Shown piece after piece: positions 25,516 to 38,300 of a stretch of 64,000 bases of DNA. The translations under genes and the position numbers were made by a program. Each line of letters begins with the position of its first letter. The first letter of the stretch is position 1. The notes below the pieces were generated by a model. That model had not been told where the DNA came from. It searched no databases and saw only the letters and a list, made by a program, of their open reading frames with translations. The stretch comes from Phoronis australis. Its lineage: Eukaryota > Animalia > Phoronida. Location: assembly GCA_002633005.1 (NCBI GenBank), contig NMRA01000233.1, positions 310,001 to 374,000 of the forward strand, read 5' to 3'.

Positions 25516-28500
25516 ATGGAACTACCAGTTGTCGATCTGTCGCGCTATAGTCTGGATGTCAAAGAAGAGTCGGTCTCGGACGAAGATCTGACAAGACTGG
25601 CTCAAGAGCTCTGCGAAGCCCTCTCCACAATCGGGTTTGTGTATATCAAAGGTCACGGAATCCCGGAGTCACAGGTACGCCAGATAAGTAACATATCGTG
25701 TCAAACAAATTACCTGCTTTTTCCTGTCTGTCGACAGCTCGCGCGGTACTGCTGCCACCGGCTGGGAACACAGGGATCGCTTTCGTTGGTATTTTTTATT
25801 AAACTCAACGCTCATGACTGTCACTAATAATAACTTTAGTCTCAGGCTGTGACGCAGTGTTTTTGGCGAGTGTATAACCTTACTGCACTTAGTCACGAAC
25901 TACGGTGGTTCGATGAGTCCTAAAAACGATCGGTGTGGTTGTATTTGACTGGTGAGGGCGGGGTATTAAAGTACGTTGCCGAAAACATGTGGTATAGGAG
26001 ACACAAATATTGAACACCACATCATTGCTACGGAAGCCAACGCAGAGCGTGTTACGACGTTGTGTATTGATGGTCTGTTTCCACGTACGGAACGCATAGC
26101 GCGATGCGGAATCCTTATTGCGTTTATGCTATAACAAGAAAACAAAGAGACGTTTCCATTTACCACAATGCGTGTTCCGCCGAGGCCAAAACGGATTATA
26201 TAGCCTACCCGGCGGAAGCGAGACCATGACGTATAGTAAACGAGTCAGCTCACCCTGAACCGGCTGCAAAAACATTTGGAAATCAACGACATTCCACGAG
26301 TTCGCTAAAAATATTTCGGCAAAGAGACAATTCACGTGAAGAAGTGATGCCCACTTATCAAAGGCAGAAATGGTCGCTTGACATTGCTTTTGGTTCCAGA
26401 TATATTGTCATGTGTTTTTTTTCGTGTTTTTGTAAATGGGATTGTACAGCGATTAAATTGCTAAAAACGGAGGGGTGGGGTTCTGTTTATGACGTCGGTG
26501 ATGGGGTTTCCTAATTGAAACTGTCGAGAAAAACTGACACTACAGAAGTAATTTAACTAGTCACATGGAAACATGAAAATGCCCTGGTTTTCGCGATTGA
26601 TATATTCCATCATTCACTTATGGAAACAGGGTTTTATTGTTTCGTAACAAGGGTGTGGATGCGAATCACCACTGATGTGGACCCTGGGAGTTTGGTCCCC
26701 TGGTGTGGAGTTTGGTCCCCTGGTTTGGAGTTTGGTCATCGTATATTGATCATTTTCGGCGAGTGGAGTTCTGGGCGCCTCACTGTACGAAATTTGTGTT
26801 TGCTGGTCTGGGACTGGGGTTTGAGACTTGGAGGTTTGTACATGGAATCGTTTCCACACCCCGAATACTTACGGTCGTAAATGAAGCTTGCCCATTCAAA
26901 ATTTGGGTTCACGACCCTGGTTCGAGAACTACCGGCGAGCTCTTTCAACAGGACATCCTACACAATTTTTCGCATTTTGAGTACACAGAAGCATGTCTTG
27001 TTTGACTCAGTTTTATTTCTAATTATGGTGTGCGAAATTTGTAAAGTTGACTGAAACGAAACTCAAGTTTTTCATTTACAGACATTTTTGAGGAGTTAGA
27101 TAATTTTAATATGTTGTTTAAATACTCCGCCGCACAACAGTTGTAATTTGACGGCGTCATGATCCCAACAATTATATAAACGAGAGCGCTCGGAGGAGCG
27201 ACACTTGGCGAAATTAATCGAAAAGACGACGATGGGGAGGACGACGACGATCATGACGATGAAGGCGGCAATTATGAACAACATGATAACATTCATGTGA
27301 CTACAATTATATAAAAAACGCAAGAAATGATCCAACTGAATTAAATCCACATAAAACTGCAGAACACTGTCCACTAGCTACGCCGTTTAGTATCTACACG
27401 TAGGCGTATTTCTTCGTGTCGTATTTTCACGTCTTCACATGGCCTAATGTACACACGGTTTATTATACGTCCACATAAATATATGTGGGGGCAGATTGCC
27501 GTCATCTCTGTCTGGGCGTCCGTCGTCCGGTGTCCGTAGCTGTATGTCCTAAACGCCTCACAAGATCTTGATGAGATCTGGCAGATGTGTTCCTATGACG
27601 CTGACGACGGATGACGACGAATTTCTGACGGATCCGACTACCGTTGTGCACCCTAGTGGCAATTTGTTTTTTTTTACGTTTACCTCTGTGTATTCAAAGG
27701 TCTTCAACGGATTTTCATGAAATTTGGCACATATGCATCAATTGGTGAGATGACATTATCCTCCCGTTTTCAGATGGATTAGAGAAATTTTGCGCCACCT
27801 AGTGACCATTTTTACTGTTTTCGAGTCTGTTTTTTAGCGTCCGCTCCTCTATCAACCAAACCACTCGAAGGATGATTGTGAAATTAGCATACGTGTTCTT
27901 AGTGTGAAGAGGACGGTTGACGCTCATTTTCCGATGACTTCGACTGCTGTGGCGCCTCCCAGTGACATTTTTTGCGCCAATATCTGCATCTCCTAAACCC
28001 ACTGCAGGATCTTTATTAAATTTAGCAACTGTATTTATATGAAGTTGACAACGGAGGACGACGACTTTCATACGGATCCGACGAACAGTGTGCCCCCTTG
28101 TGGGAATATAATTCTATCCGTTTTCCTCTGTTTTTCAGAAGTTCCTCGACAGATTGTTATGAAATTTAATAAATATCATTCTAATAAAGAAAAGATGACA
28201 TGTTTGGAAAAACCGACTCTTCATCATTGCTTGAGGTCAAGGGACTATGCCGTCGTTACCCGAAGTCATTGTGAGGCCAGTTTTGTAGGGGCAACGTTTC
28301 GGTATTTATTGAAGATTCGTTGTTAGAGACAACGTTTATTTATTCTCTGTTAGAAGTTGAAGTTGATGCAACTTAGACCAGAATAATTAATTATACACGA
28401 AGTGGGCCTTTTGTAGATTATATCTCGTGTTTTAGTTTCAAGGCTGTGGTGCACTGGTAGTTCTTGTCATGCCGACAGGAGGCTCTGAGTTGCCAATATC

Positions 28501-31500
28501 AAACACTGCCTGTTTTCAGGTTGTCGGGTTGTCGAACGTGTACAGAAAATTCTTTGCTCAGTCCACGGAATATAAAGCACAGTTCCAACGCGGATTTGTG
28601 TCTTCTGGAAACTTTGGATGGGTTCAAGCCGAACAAGAAGCGTAAGTTATGGAGTAATAGATATGCAGGCCTGTTAATACGGTTATGGAGTGTAGATATG
28701 TAGGTCTGTTAATACGGTTATTATTCCCTTATTTAGCGCACAATGTTTCCGACAAGTATAATTCTATTTTGTTAAATTTCTCCACAGAAATATATACTAG
28801 GACTATTTTGGTCTATTTCTAGGGTAATTTGCAGTGTGTGGGTGTCAAAACAACACTTGATAAAATTTCCGTTTTTTCCAGCAAGGCAATCGGCATTTGC
28901 AAATTGAAAACTGACACTTTTGGCTATAGTTTTGTGCGAAATAATTGGAGAGTTACCGTATCAAACAGTTGTGGTTCACCGACGCAATGTAGACGTTGTT
29001 GTGAGCATCCATGATTTATTCCGTCGTCGATGAAGTTAATTCAAGTAGTGTTGACATATTTTTGAAGACGTCTTTGCGGTCGTGGTTTGAACCTTCTGCA
29101 GATAACGTAAAGTTCAGACTTCATTTGTACTCCCATTGTAGCTTACGATTTTTCTATAGGCTTACGACTGGTGATCATACACGATTTTTGTGCTTTAGAG
29201 TCGAATGTGATTTGCCATTCGATTTTGCACCGACCTTTGTTCGGCTTTAGGAGATTGCGGCCTGTCGCTGAATTTTGACAAGAGCATTCATGTGCTCGTT
29301 TGTGCATTGAAGTATACTGCATTTCCGAGAAGTTAGTTTTCTACTAGTTTGGCGAGATAATGCAAATCTTCGCGAGATATCCGCATGTATTAGGCCTACT
29401 AGCAAGTCATCTCACCACCTTTCCCTCGCGAGTAACGTGCAGTTTGCAGCCATTGGATCTATGTTATTTACTTTATTCTCAGACTGAATCCAGAGCGTCC
29501 CAAGGATCTAAAGGAGGCCTTTAACTTTTCCTACGAACCAATCCAGGTACGTTCGCTGTACTGTGTGGAAGACAGTCGAGGAGTCATAAGTATTATGAAT
29601 TGACGGACGACTCTCTTTCCGTTGTTTTTTTCAAATTGAGAACTCAGAATAAGTTTACCAATCAACAAATGTCTCTGCAAAGGAACATTTTGCAAGTTAC
29701 AGCCGTGTATGCACCTGTTTGTTTACTGTCAGTTGTATGCTCTTAGAAGCTGAAGTTCGCTGTCAATCATTTCGGCGTCCATTTTTTTCTGTGCGTTACC
29801 AGAACTTTATACATTTTAATTCCTTTACTTAAGTTTTGTGGAGTTGAGATTAACTTGACCAAACTGGTATGTTTTAAAACCTGTTTAGAAATGTTTAACT
29901 AAATCGAAAGACTTAATATTTCCGACGCCACTGTCTACGGCGTCATGTGTTTGACCAGTTCTATACAATATTACAATATAGTTGACAATTCTTGTTTAAT
30001 TAAGTGCATTGCCGGTATACAAATTATAGAACACACTGTTTTCAGTTTAATTGCAAGTGTTTTCCAGATGGCCGTCTCCCTTTGATATTGGAATATCGAC
30101 ATTAAAGAAGTATCACTGAAACCATTGATTTTACTTTATTTTCGGAAATTCAAATATTTTATTGATTATGGTGTTGGGGGTGTATTATGTGTTTTTGCTT
30201 TTTCAGAAATGGCCAGACCAGCAAATGAACGATGCATCCATTGAGTTCTTTCAAATATGCACTCGACTTTCAATGAGGATTCTCGATCTAATGGCTATAG
30301 GCCTCGACTTAAAGGTACGTATCAAACCTTGATACATAGCTGATTACTTAAATTTAACTTATGAACGTTACATGCCTACAGCATTAGCTTCAATACAGCT
30401 GAGATGTAAATTCCCTTCTAGACTAGTGAAGTCAATAGTTGAGAATGTTTTTAAGTTTTTACTGGAAAACGTTCAACCTGAATTGTGGTGAAATTTCATC
30501 ATCGTTGTGCCTTAGCAACACGTCGCTATGTTAGGCTGAAACTGTTCATGTTATAAGTAAACCTTAAGCTTTACCCAGTGTCTTCGAGCTGGAGATGTGT
30601 ACTGCCACAACACCCGACATTAAATGTGTGTGTGTCAATGGACATGACTTGGTTTGAGGTGGAGAATAAATGGTTAGACCTACATATATGTTGCTTTCTT
30701 CACCAGTTGTTATGGGATGTTGATGAAAATTGCACTTGCATTGAATACTGTCATTTTGCTTGCTCCTACAAGTAACCAATTTCCTAACCTGTAGGAACGA
30801 TTGAATGTTCTGACGCAAACTTTTTCCCTTTAGCCAAAACGAAACCAGAGTCATCAGGGTTGATCAGTGTCAAGTCTATGTGACAAATTGTTTCAGGACC
30901 GGAAGTTCTTCACAAGGTGCCATCAGAAGATAAATTCAAACGAGAACTTCAGCACTGTTCGCTGCCTTCATTATCCGCCAGTTCCACCAAGTACGTGAAC
31001 AGATGTTGTATAGATCCATTGAAAAATTCTTCGTTGGTGACTACACCTTTTACAAAGTGATCACTTAAGTAGCATGTACATCAACACACATGTAGCTTGC
31101 ATCTTTTCTACATAAAAATTTCGAATTCATTTATTTGTTTTTGACAGATGAGAAATACTTTTATGCATTTTGCCAGTGCATGGCAAAATCTGGTGACCGA
31201 TCTAGGATAGCGTACATGTAACGCGGCATCACAATTTTCGAGGAAAAATGTCAGAGCGTTTTTGGTCATGTCCATGGAAAGGATGGGCCCGCCCTCCTAA
31301 ATGTGAATCAGCGGTAAAGGTGGCAAGTAGCCCTTTTAATGTCCTTGATGTTCTGATGTTTGCAGTGTAATTTTTTATGCAGCCACATACACGTTTGTGG
31401 GCGCATTCTGTAGACATCTTCGTCCTGGCGTCTGTGCATTTGTCTGTATCTCCTGAGCCTCCATTCAGCATCTTTGTGAAATTTGTCAGTTTATTCTTTT

Positions 31501-33963
31501 GCGCCTACCTCAATGCCATGTTGTGTAAAGAATCGTCTTGAGGTGTGCGCCTTCCTATGTAAATAAGACCCTTGGTGGAACTCCACAAAATTTGATAGAT
31601 ATGTATCTACATTGGAATAGAAAGCACTTGCCCATTTTCGCTTAGCATGTTCTGCGTCCCCTATTGGCAATTTTAATACTTTGGTGTTTGTTTTGGCATC
31701 TATCGTGATAATCGAGTCACCTATATTAAGTTCCATCGTTAGTGCGTGATAGTGTTTCAACAAACGAGCACCCCTTATACCTTTGCCATTTGCAATTCAC
31801 ATTTTGATCCCATGTTAATGCTCTGCGTTGCTCTCGTTAATTTATTCGTGTAATATTTAGATATTAAACCAGGACAGATTCGTTGTGGTGAACATTCGGA
31901 CTACGGATCAATCACTTTGCTGTTTCAAGACGACGTAGGCGGACTTGAGGTACGCAGAGATCATAGAGCTGGACACATTAACTGCTCATTTGTTACAGCT
32001 GCAGCACCTCCTTTTGAGCAAACTAGAAACGAAAATCAAATTGGGGCTTTTACTCTAACAAAATGGGGTCTCAAAACTCTATTACTATGATAGGGCTTGT
32101 TTTCTATCACCATGAAGAACCTATAAACCCTCAACAGGTCAATAAACGCGTCGGACGTCCTCGATATTATTGGGGTAGTCCTCCCTTGCTTCGAAACTGA
32201 GAGCAACAGTTATTGGTTGAGGAGTGATCTTATACATATTTTTACTAGCGTAATTGTAAGTTCGAAACTTAATTCTGAGAAATTCTAATGAGGATAATGT
32301 GTCCTTCAACTAACTGCCTTAAGTTATCTTCGCCTTGCTTTTCGAAGATAAATAATGTTGTTGCCGATTAAATCTGCCTGCCACCTGGGAATGCGGTTTG
32401 TCGTTATATGGAAACAGAAGACCAAGAGACTGTTCTGTACTTTTGATGAAAAGGAGCGATTTCTCGTACACGTAGTTTTGTCTCAGCTGCGTTTTTATTT
32501 AAGAAAAACGTCAACCTCTGCGACTTACTTTGAGTACCTCAATATGCAACCAGGCCTGCATTCCGCGAGAAACTCGCGAAAACACATGGCCACGCAGGAC
32601 GTAACGAAATATTACCATGTATTACAAGCGAAGCACGCGATCACACTAGCTTCCTTATCGAGAATCTTGCGTCTACGAAACTCTACCTATGTGAAAGTAG
32701 ATATCGTGGTTCCAACATGACCATTCCTCATTGCTTTCCAAAAGTCATTTATTTGTTGGTCCAGACAGAACTGCTGCTGTACTTTATGCCCAAATAATAC
32801 GAGTCATTCTAACAGAATACTTATATTATCTGGTTCAGCTCCTGTGCCCAAAAGCTGGAAGGTACTTGGCTGCTACCCCAAAGCCCGGATGTATTTTGGT
32901 TAACATCGGAGATATAATGCAAATGTGGACTGCAGGAAAATTGCGTGCAACGGTAAGACCATAATTATTTGTTCAGATGAAAGAGTTAACAATGTTACTA
33001 CCATTCTGGGTTTAACAACAAAAAAGTGTTATTTTTGTTAGTTTATGCCCAATCTTGATGATGTTCTAGTGTTGTTATCTCATGGCTTCTCGCCCTTTGT
33101 TGCTATGTAAATTTGATTGAAAATGCCCGTAAGTCGTTGTCAGCGCTGATAGAGTTTGTTTCAGAAATTGTATCACGTGAAACACAATCCATGTAGAAAG
33201 ACAAACACCTGCACACATAAAGAAAGGAGACTGATTCAACACTACGAGCGACTCTGCATTAAGTTTTCAAACAAAAAGTTTAGGCGTGTTTTCAACGAAG
33301 AAAGACAAAAGAAAACAAACGTTTGATTCCCACGTATTTCCTACACTTGATTTCATTAACCTTACCCCTGTCCAATCTTTGTTTAAAAACATTTACAACA
33401 GTGCCCTATATCGTGGCCCCACCTGTTGAAAACCTCTGGATACTCCAGTGCCCTCCCTACTACTTGGTCTTTTGCTACGAACGGTCGTTTTCACAGCCGT
33501 GTTAGCCTTGTCATCAGTGGAATAATTTCCAGAATGTTATTCTTTAGTCAATGATATTCTGTAGTGTTGCATTTTTCTGAGGAGAGCTGTCCTATGGCGT
33601 TATGACTACCTTGAGAGTTCCAAATACACCAGCATTTTTGGATCTAAAGGCTCAGTACTGTTGTGTCTCCTCTAAACTGTTTTGAGCCTTCACACCTCCA
33701 CAACTCTGCACACAGCAGGAGTCTTATTCTTGGCTCATTGTTCCTCTATGAATAAATCTTGTGGTTCCGTGTTTGATTTTCAGAAACACAAGGTTGTCAT
33801 ACCGGAAGACGATATCGGACGCCAGAGGGAGCGACAGTCCATAGCGTTCTTCGTTCACCCAGATGATGATGTGATGGTTAAAAGCATTGACAGTGACGAT
33901 GACACGGAGGCTGTGAATGCCAAGGAATGGTCTTTGCGCATGTTTAAGTCAACGTACAAATAA
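25516..33963 (+). CDS. 2-oxoglutarate/Fe(II)-dependent dioxygenase, isopenicillin-N-synthase-like family (DIOX_N + 2OG-FeII_Oxy), 8 exons, 309 aa
   Basis: Exons 25516-25674, 28520-28641, 29483-29546, 30207-30314, 30897-30990, 31861-31949, 32839-32952, 33784-33963; all GT-AG, phases consistent, total 930 nt. Motifs: LPVVDLS, GFVYIKGHGI, DLKEAF, RCLHYPP, GEHSDYGSITLLFQD (HxD), VNIGD, KHKV (distal His), RQS (2OG-binding RxS). Confidence 0.93.
27459..28284 (+). mobile_element. Helentron-associated (HINE/DINE-1-like) element, copy 1
   Basis: T-rich start TTTATTATACGTCCACATA, short GTCC/GTCT-type microsatellite, core repeats containing CTAGTGGC, end ...GAGGCCAGTTTT. Clearly homologous (inverted) to 44290-45931. 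Confidence 0.7.
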
Positions 33964-34403
33964 AATCGCATATTTTCTGGCCTGACATTCTTAACACATA
34001 GATCATCATGCTGAAATAAATTGGTGTACCAAGAATGAATTGAAAACATCTAAAAAATCAAAACTTGTCAATGTTGTTTTAAATATATTCTTACTAAAAA
34101 GCAAATTATACAGTTTGTAAAAGATACACTTTTTTAGAGCAAAAGTTGTGACTTTTGCACGGTTTGTAAACATAAGTTTAGGACTTTTGGACGTATCTGG
34201 CTACCGCTGTGCCAGTTTTATCGTTTACTTTCTTGGCAAGTGTGTACCTAGTAAGGAGAACATTGCTGACTCGCTGTGCATCCCTAGAGGCTATTTTAAG
34301 TTTACTAGCATTACTCACTTTGGTGGGATGTTTGAAATAGTAATCGTCCCTTGTATCTGCGATTAATGCGATGCACACGGTGGGCGCTTATCAACACTAC
34401 GCG

Positions 34404-34559
34404 CAGTGCTGTAGTGGGGCTTAGGCGCAGGTAGGCTCAGCCAACCACCTTTTGGCATTTGAACGTAGCGCCTATGCACCGTAAATTACGTTCAGTGTTC
34501 AAAGTGGTACGGTGGGCTTTGGGCGCCTACTTGCCTCTTATTTTACCACTATAGCACCG
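34404..34559. mobile_element. hAT-type MITE with 8-bp TSD
   Basis: TIR CAGTGCTGTAGTGG / CCACTATAGCACCG; ACTACGCG duplicated at 34396-34403 and 34560-34567. Confidence 0.85.
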
Positions 34560-34678
34560 ACTACGCGTTGCTATTGCTGTTAAACTCGATGAGTCGTGCA
34601 TAGCAGTGCATTAGAAGAATTTTTCAACGCAATTGTTTATTGATACTAATATCATATACAAATGAATGAATTAATTAT

Positions 34679-34885
34679 CATGCGCTCACCCACCCTAAAA
34701 TGTAAGCGGGCTCGAATTTTTGACAATGCGGGCCTTTTACTAACAAAAAATCGAAAAGAAGAAAAAAACGGGTACTATGTTCAGAGCTATGAATTGTGCA
34801 TTCTCGCCTTTTTAGTGGACTTTTGTCTCGTTTTCTCGGACGTTTTGTTTCTCTGAGGCGGACCCCCCCCCTGGGTGCGCGCATA
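34679..34885 (-). mobile_element. MITE family A, copy 2 (inverted)
   Basis: Reverse complement contains CCTCAGAGAAAC, AAAAGTCCACTAA and AAATTCGAGCCC; CATGCG terminus. Confidence 0.7.
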
Positions 34886-35312
34886 ATTTATGTCCGATTT
34901 TTTTCGTTTATGAAAGAAAACACCCGTCGACAATAGAGTTAGTAAATTTTAGTTTTTTGTTAAATGCCCATTAATTTATAACAGACCAGACATTTTTGGT
35001 AACATTAGACTCCCAGTAATAACTGTCATTTCCGGCTTTCAAATCGGTGTCAATTTGTCCTTTTCCAAGACAAAATTTAGTTCACGTTCCATAAAAGAAA
35101 TCGTTATTTCCATCTTTGCCCCGAACAAGTTTGTAAATAGCTTGTTGTAAAATACGGAGTCATGATACAAATCCAAGTTTGCAAGCTCAATTCGCTGCGG
35201 ACATTGCAGTGTTGTGCTCTGATTGAAATCTGTAAACCAACCAATCGTTGTGGTAGCTCGGTGGAATCCGTTGCACAAACCACTCACCAGTCTCAATTGA
35301 AAGTCGTGTCTT

Positions 35313-38300
35313 TCAAATAAATTGCCACTTGACATGAAATGTAGTTGCCAATCTTAACACTTGGGTTGTGTTGAGAACAAGTTCAGCCTGGAAGAAACAA
35401 AAACAGTCGGACTCAGTTACGTGCGCAGACTCTATCTAGTGTAGGAACCAGTTGTGTTATAAAACATTGTGGGGATCGCTTGAATCTCGGACTGAGGTTT
35501 GCGGTCCCAGCTTATACTACTGTACCATATGACAAGTTTAGGCCCGGGTCTCTCTAAAATGAAATGTTCAAGAATTTTTAAAAATGGTTTGGCACATAAT
35601 ATGACTAAACGAAAACGTGATTTCCCGTATTGGACAGCGTACCTCTGTAGCTTACCCTCGACTACAGCAACACTCATAGCCTTGATGAGCTTAGCAAGTC
35701 TTTTAGCCCAGACTGAGTTATTACATTCAGACCTCATGTATGTACCATCATCAAGAGTAGTTGCCATCACCACGATGAAAAACAGTCCATTGGCCGGATA
35801 CATTGATAGACTGAGTAATCGCTTGTGTCACTTTATTAGACTCAGTGTCTGCATGGTTGTATGAAGTAAAAGTTTGGCTGCGATATTAGTCGAGGTTGGT
35901 CACGAAATGAAGAATTCGAACCTGTCTCGGTGGCAGCAGTGAAACGTGGCATGCGTTCCGCAAGACACTAGTGACATGGCACTTGTGGCGAGAACTCTTG
36001 ACTTATAGAACGAAAACTGTCTGTTAACTTACTCCTTTCTCCCATAATTTAACAATCCTGTCTCGCCGAACAATCACTTCAGTGGCTACAATTTTGGATG
36101 TAAGTGCTAGCTGGGATTAACACACTAACGTGTTTCATAGTCCCAGGTGCTAGTAAGTAAAGTTACTTAAGAATATCTATCTTTCTACTGACCATAGTTC
36201 TGCGTGATCTCGCCAAACCCGCAGAAAGCGCATTACGAACGCACCCAAATGTTTCACCCTCAGAAATACATGCATTCACGTCAGATGTGACGCGTGATTA
36301 AAACCCTGACAATTGGCAAGCGTGACTAACCCTTCAAACAGTTCGATCTGCTGCTGTGGGAAAAAGGGCCACACGGTAGGGTTGTGGAGGCAATGAAAAT
36401 TTTTAAGTCTCAGAATGATATTTTTATGTGCCAGTGGAGGTACCTGCAGGTCTCCAGCACCTATTTAAACTTTTAAGTTTAATTAACTCGTATTACAACC
36501 AAGCTCACCTGTTGGTCATTATATACCCAATTATCAAAGGCAGCTTCATTTATCTTTACAATGGTCGGCGTAGCGTAAACAGGAAACACTCGAATTTGAT
36601 TGAGGGGCATAGGAGATGTAAACCCATAATGCACCACTGTCGACCGCAAGGAGTTTCCGCTGACGAAAAACTCAACGTAATTGTAACGTTCTGTTGGAAG
36701 AATCGTGTCCCCGTCATCCCAGTAAATGTCTCCTTTTGCCACGTTTTGTTCATCAAGACCAACGATTAACGCAAAAGGCAGTTTTCGATTCTTCGTTGCC
36801 GTTGGGGCAGCAGCGAAGAAACTTGGAAGTATTGATCCAGGTCGCACATAAACCGGTAGCTGTGAAATTATACTTTCGTTGGTGCTAATTGTGGAATTAA
36901 GCTGCTTCCACTCAAAGTCTTGTCGAATGCTTATGATTTCTCGATCATTGCTGTCGGCTGGACAAAGATACTGATACCAGATGCCACGCGGAAAGTACGA
37001 GCGGTACGTGGTAGTGTAGTACCGACCGCTAGAGTTTGCCTCGTAATGAGTGTGCTGTGATGTCACGGGAGCAAATAGCAAGGAAGCTCCAATCATAAAC
37101 TGAGATGACGTTTGGTATATATACTCTTTAGAAGAGTTTCTCCATTCAAAGAACATTGGGCGAACAATTGTTTCACCCGTTTGATGGCTCTTGTAAGCAA
37201 GTGTGTAAATGTACGGAAGTAAGCAGTATCTGATGGAAATGGCGTGCGCAATTGTGTTGACGATGCCTTTCTCAAACGCTGCTGGATCTTGTGGAATATT
37301 ACCTCGGTCGTTATGGTTACGCATGAAAGGATAGAATGCTCCAAGCTGATGCCAACGTGCGCACAACTCTTCTTCGGTGTTATTATGAAATCCACAGATA
37401 TCAGCCCCGACAACCGGAATTCCTAAAACATTCATAGTAAGTATAGAAGCCACAGAAGCCTTCAAGTCGAAGAAGGTTCCAAAGTTATCGCCTGTCCAAA
37501 TTCCCGCCCACTGTCCCGTTCCTGGGAAGGAAGATCGCGATATTATGAATGGGCGCTTCTTCCGGACATCAACTAAAGAGTTGTAAGACGCTCGAGCCTC
37601 TGTTAATCCATACAGACTGTGCACGTTGTATTCGCTTGACAGGAAATGTTGAGCTGAAGCACAAATGGTGTAGAATCTCAAACAACCCCCACGGATGTTT
37701 CTTGGAAGGTAAGGAGGATTTTCAAGCTTTGAGTCTTTAGGACACCCGTTGACCGATCCAATGACAAAGTTAGAGATCTCATTCATGTCTATCCACATGC
37801 CGTCAAAAGGAACCTCTTGGTGGAAATCTGCTACCATGTCTGACCAATAATTCATTGTTTTAGGATTCGTGAAGTCTGGAAAAACAGTAGTTCCCGGCCA
37901 GACCTTCCCAACAAGAATGCCACCCGAATAGTTCTTAATAAATATATCTAAGTTCAAACCTGCGTCATACGGCCGATACCCTGTGTGATTATTACTAATT
38001 CCTGCATCGAATATTAGCATATAATGCATATCAAGCTTGTGTATTTTCTCCACCAAGTCTGGCAGATTTCCAAAACGTTTGGAGTCGTACGTGAAGTCCA
38101 GTCTTTCGTAAGCGTATTCAATGTCGTTCCACTGCACTTCCAGTGGAACTCCAGCTCTCCTGTTCCTTTCCAAAACCGCCAATGTCCTTTCGCTGGTTTT
38201 GTAACCCCATCGACAAAGGTGGAACCCGAAACTCCAATAAGGAGGCATAAAAGGCCGCCCAATTAGTTTCGTGTACTGTTCAACAACATCTGCAGGCGCA

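Noticed and set aside
35432-35864. Overlapping 121-123 aa ORFs in the last GH31 intron
   Set aside because: No homology recognised and no splice support; the GH31 frame closes cleanly without them.
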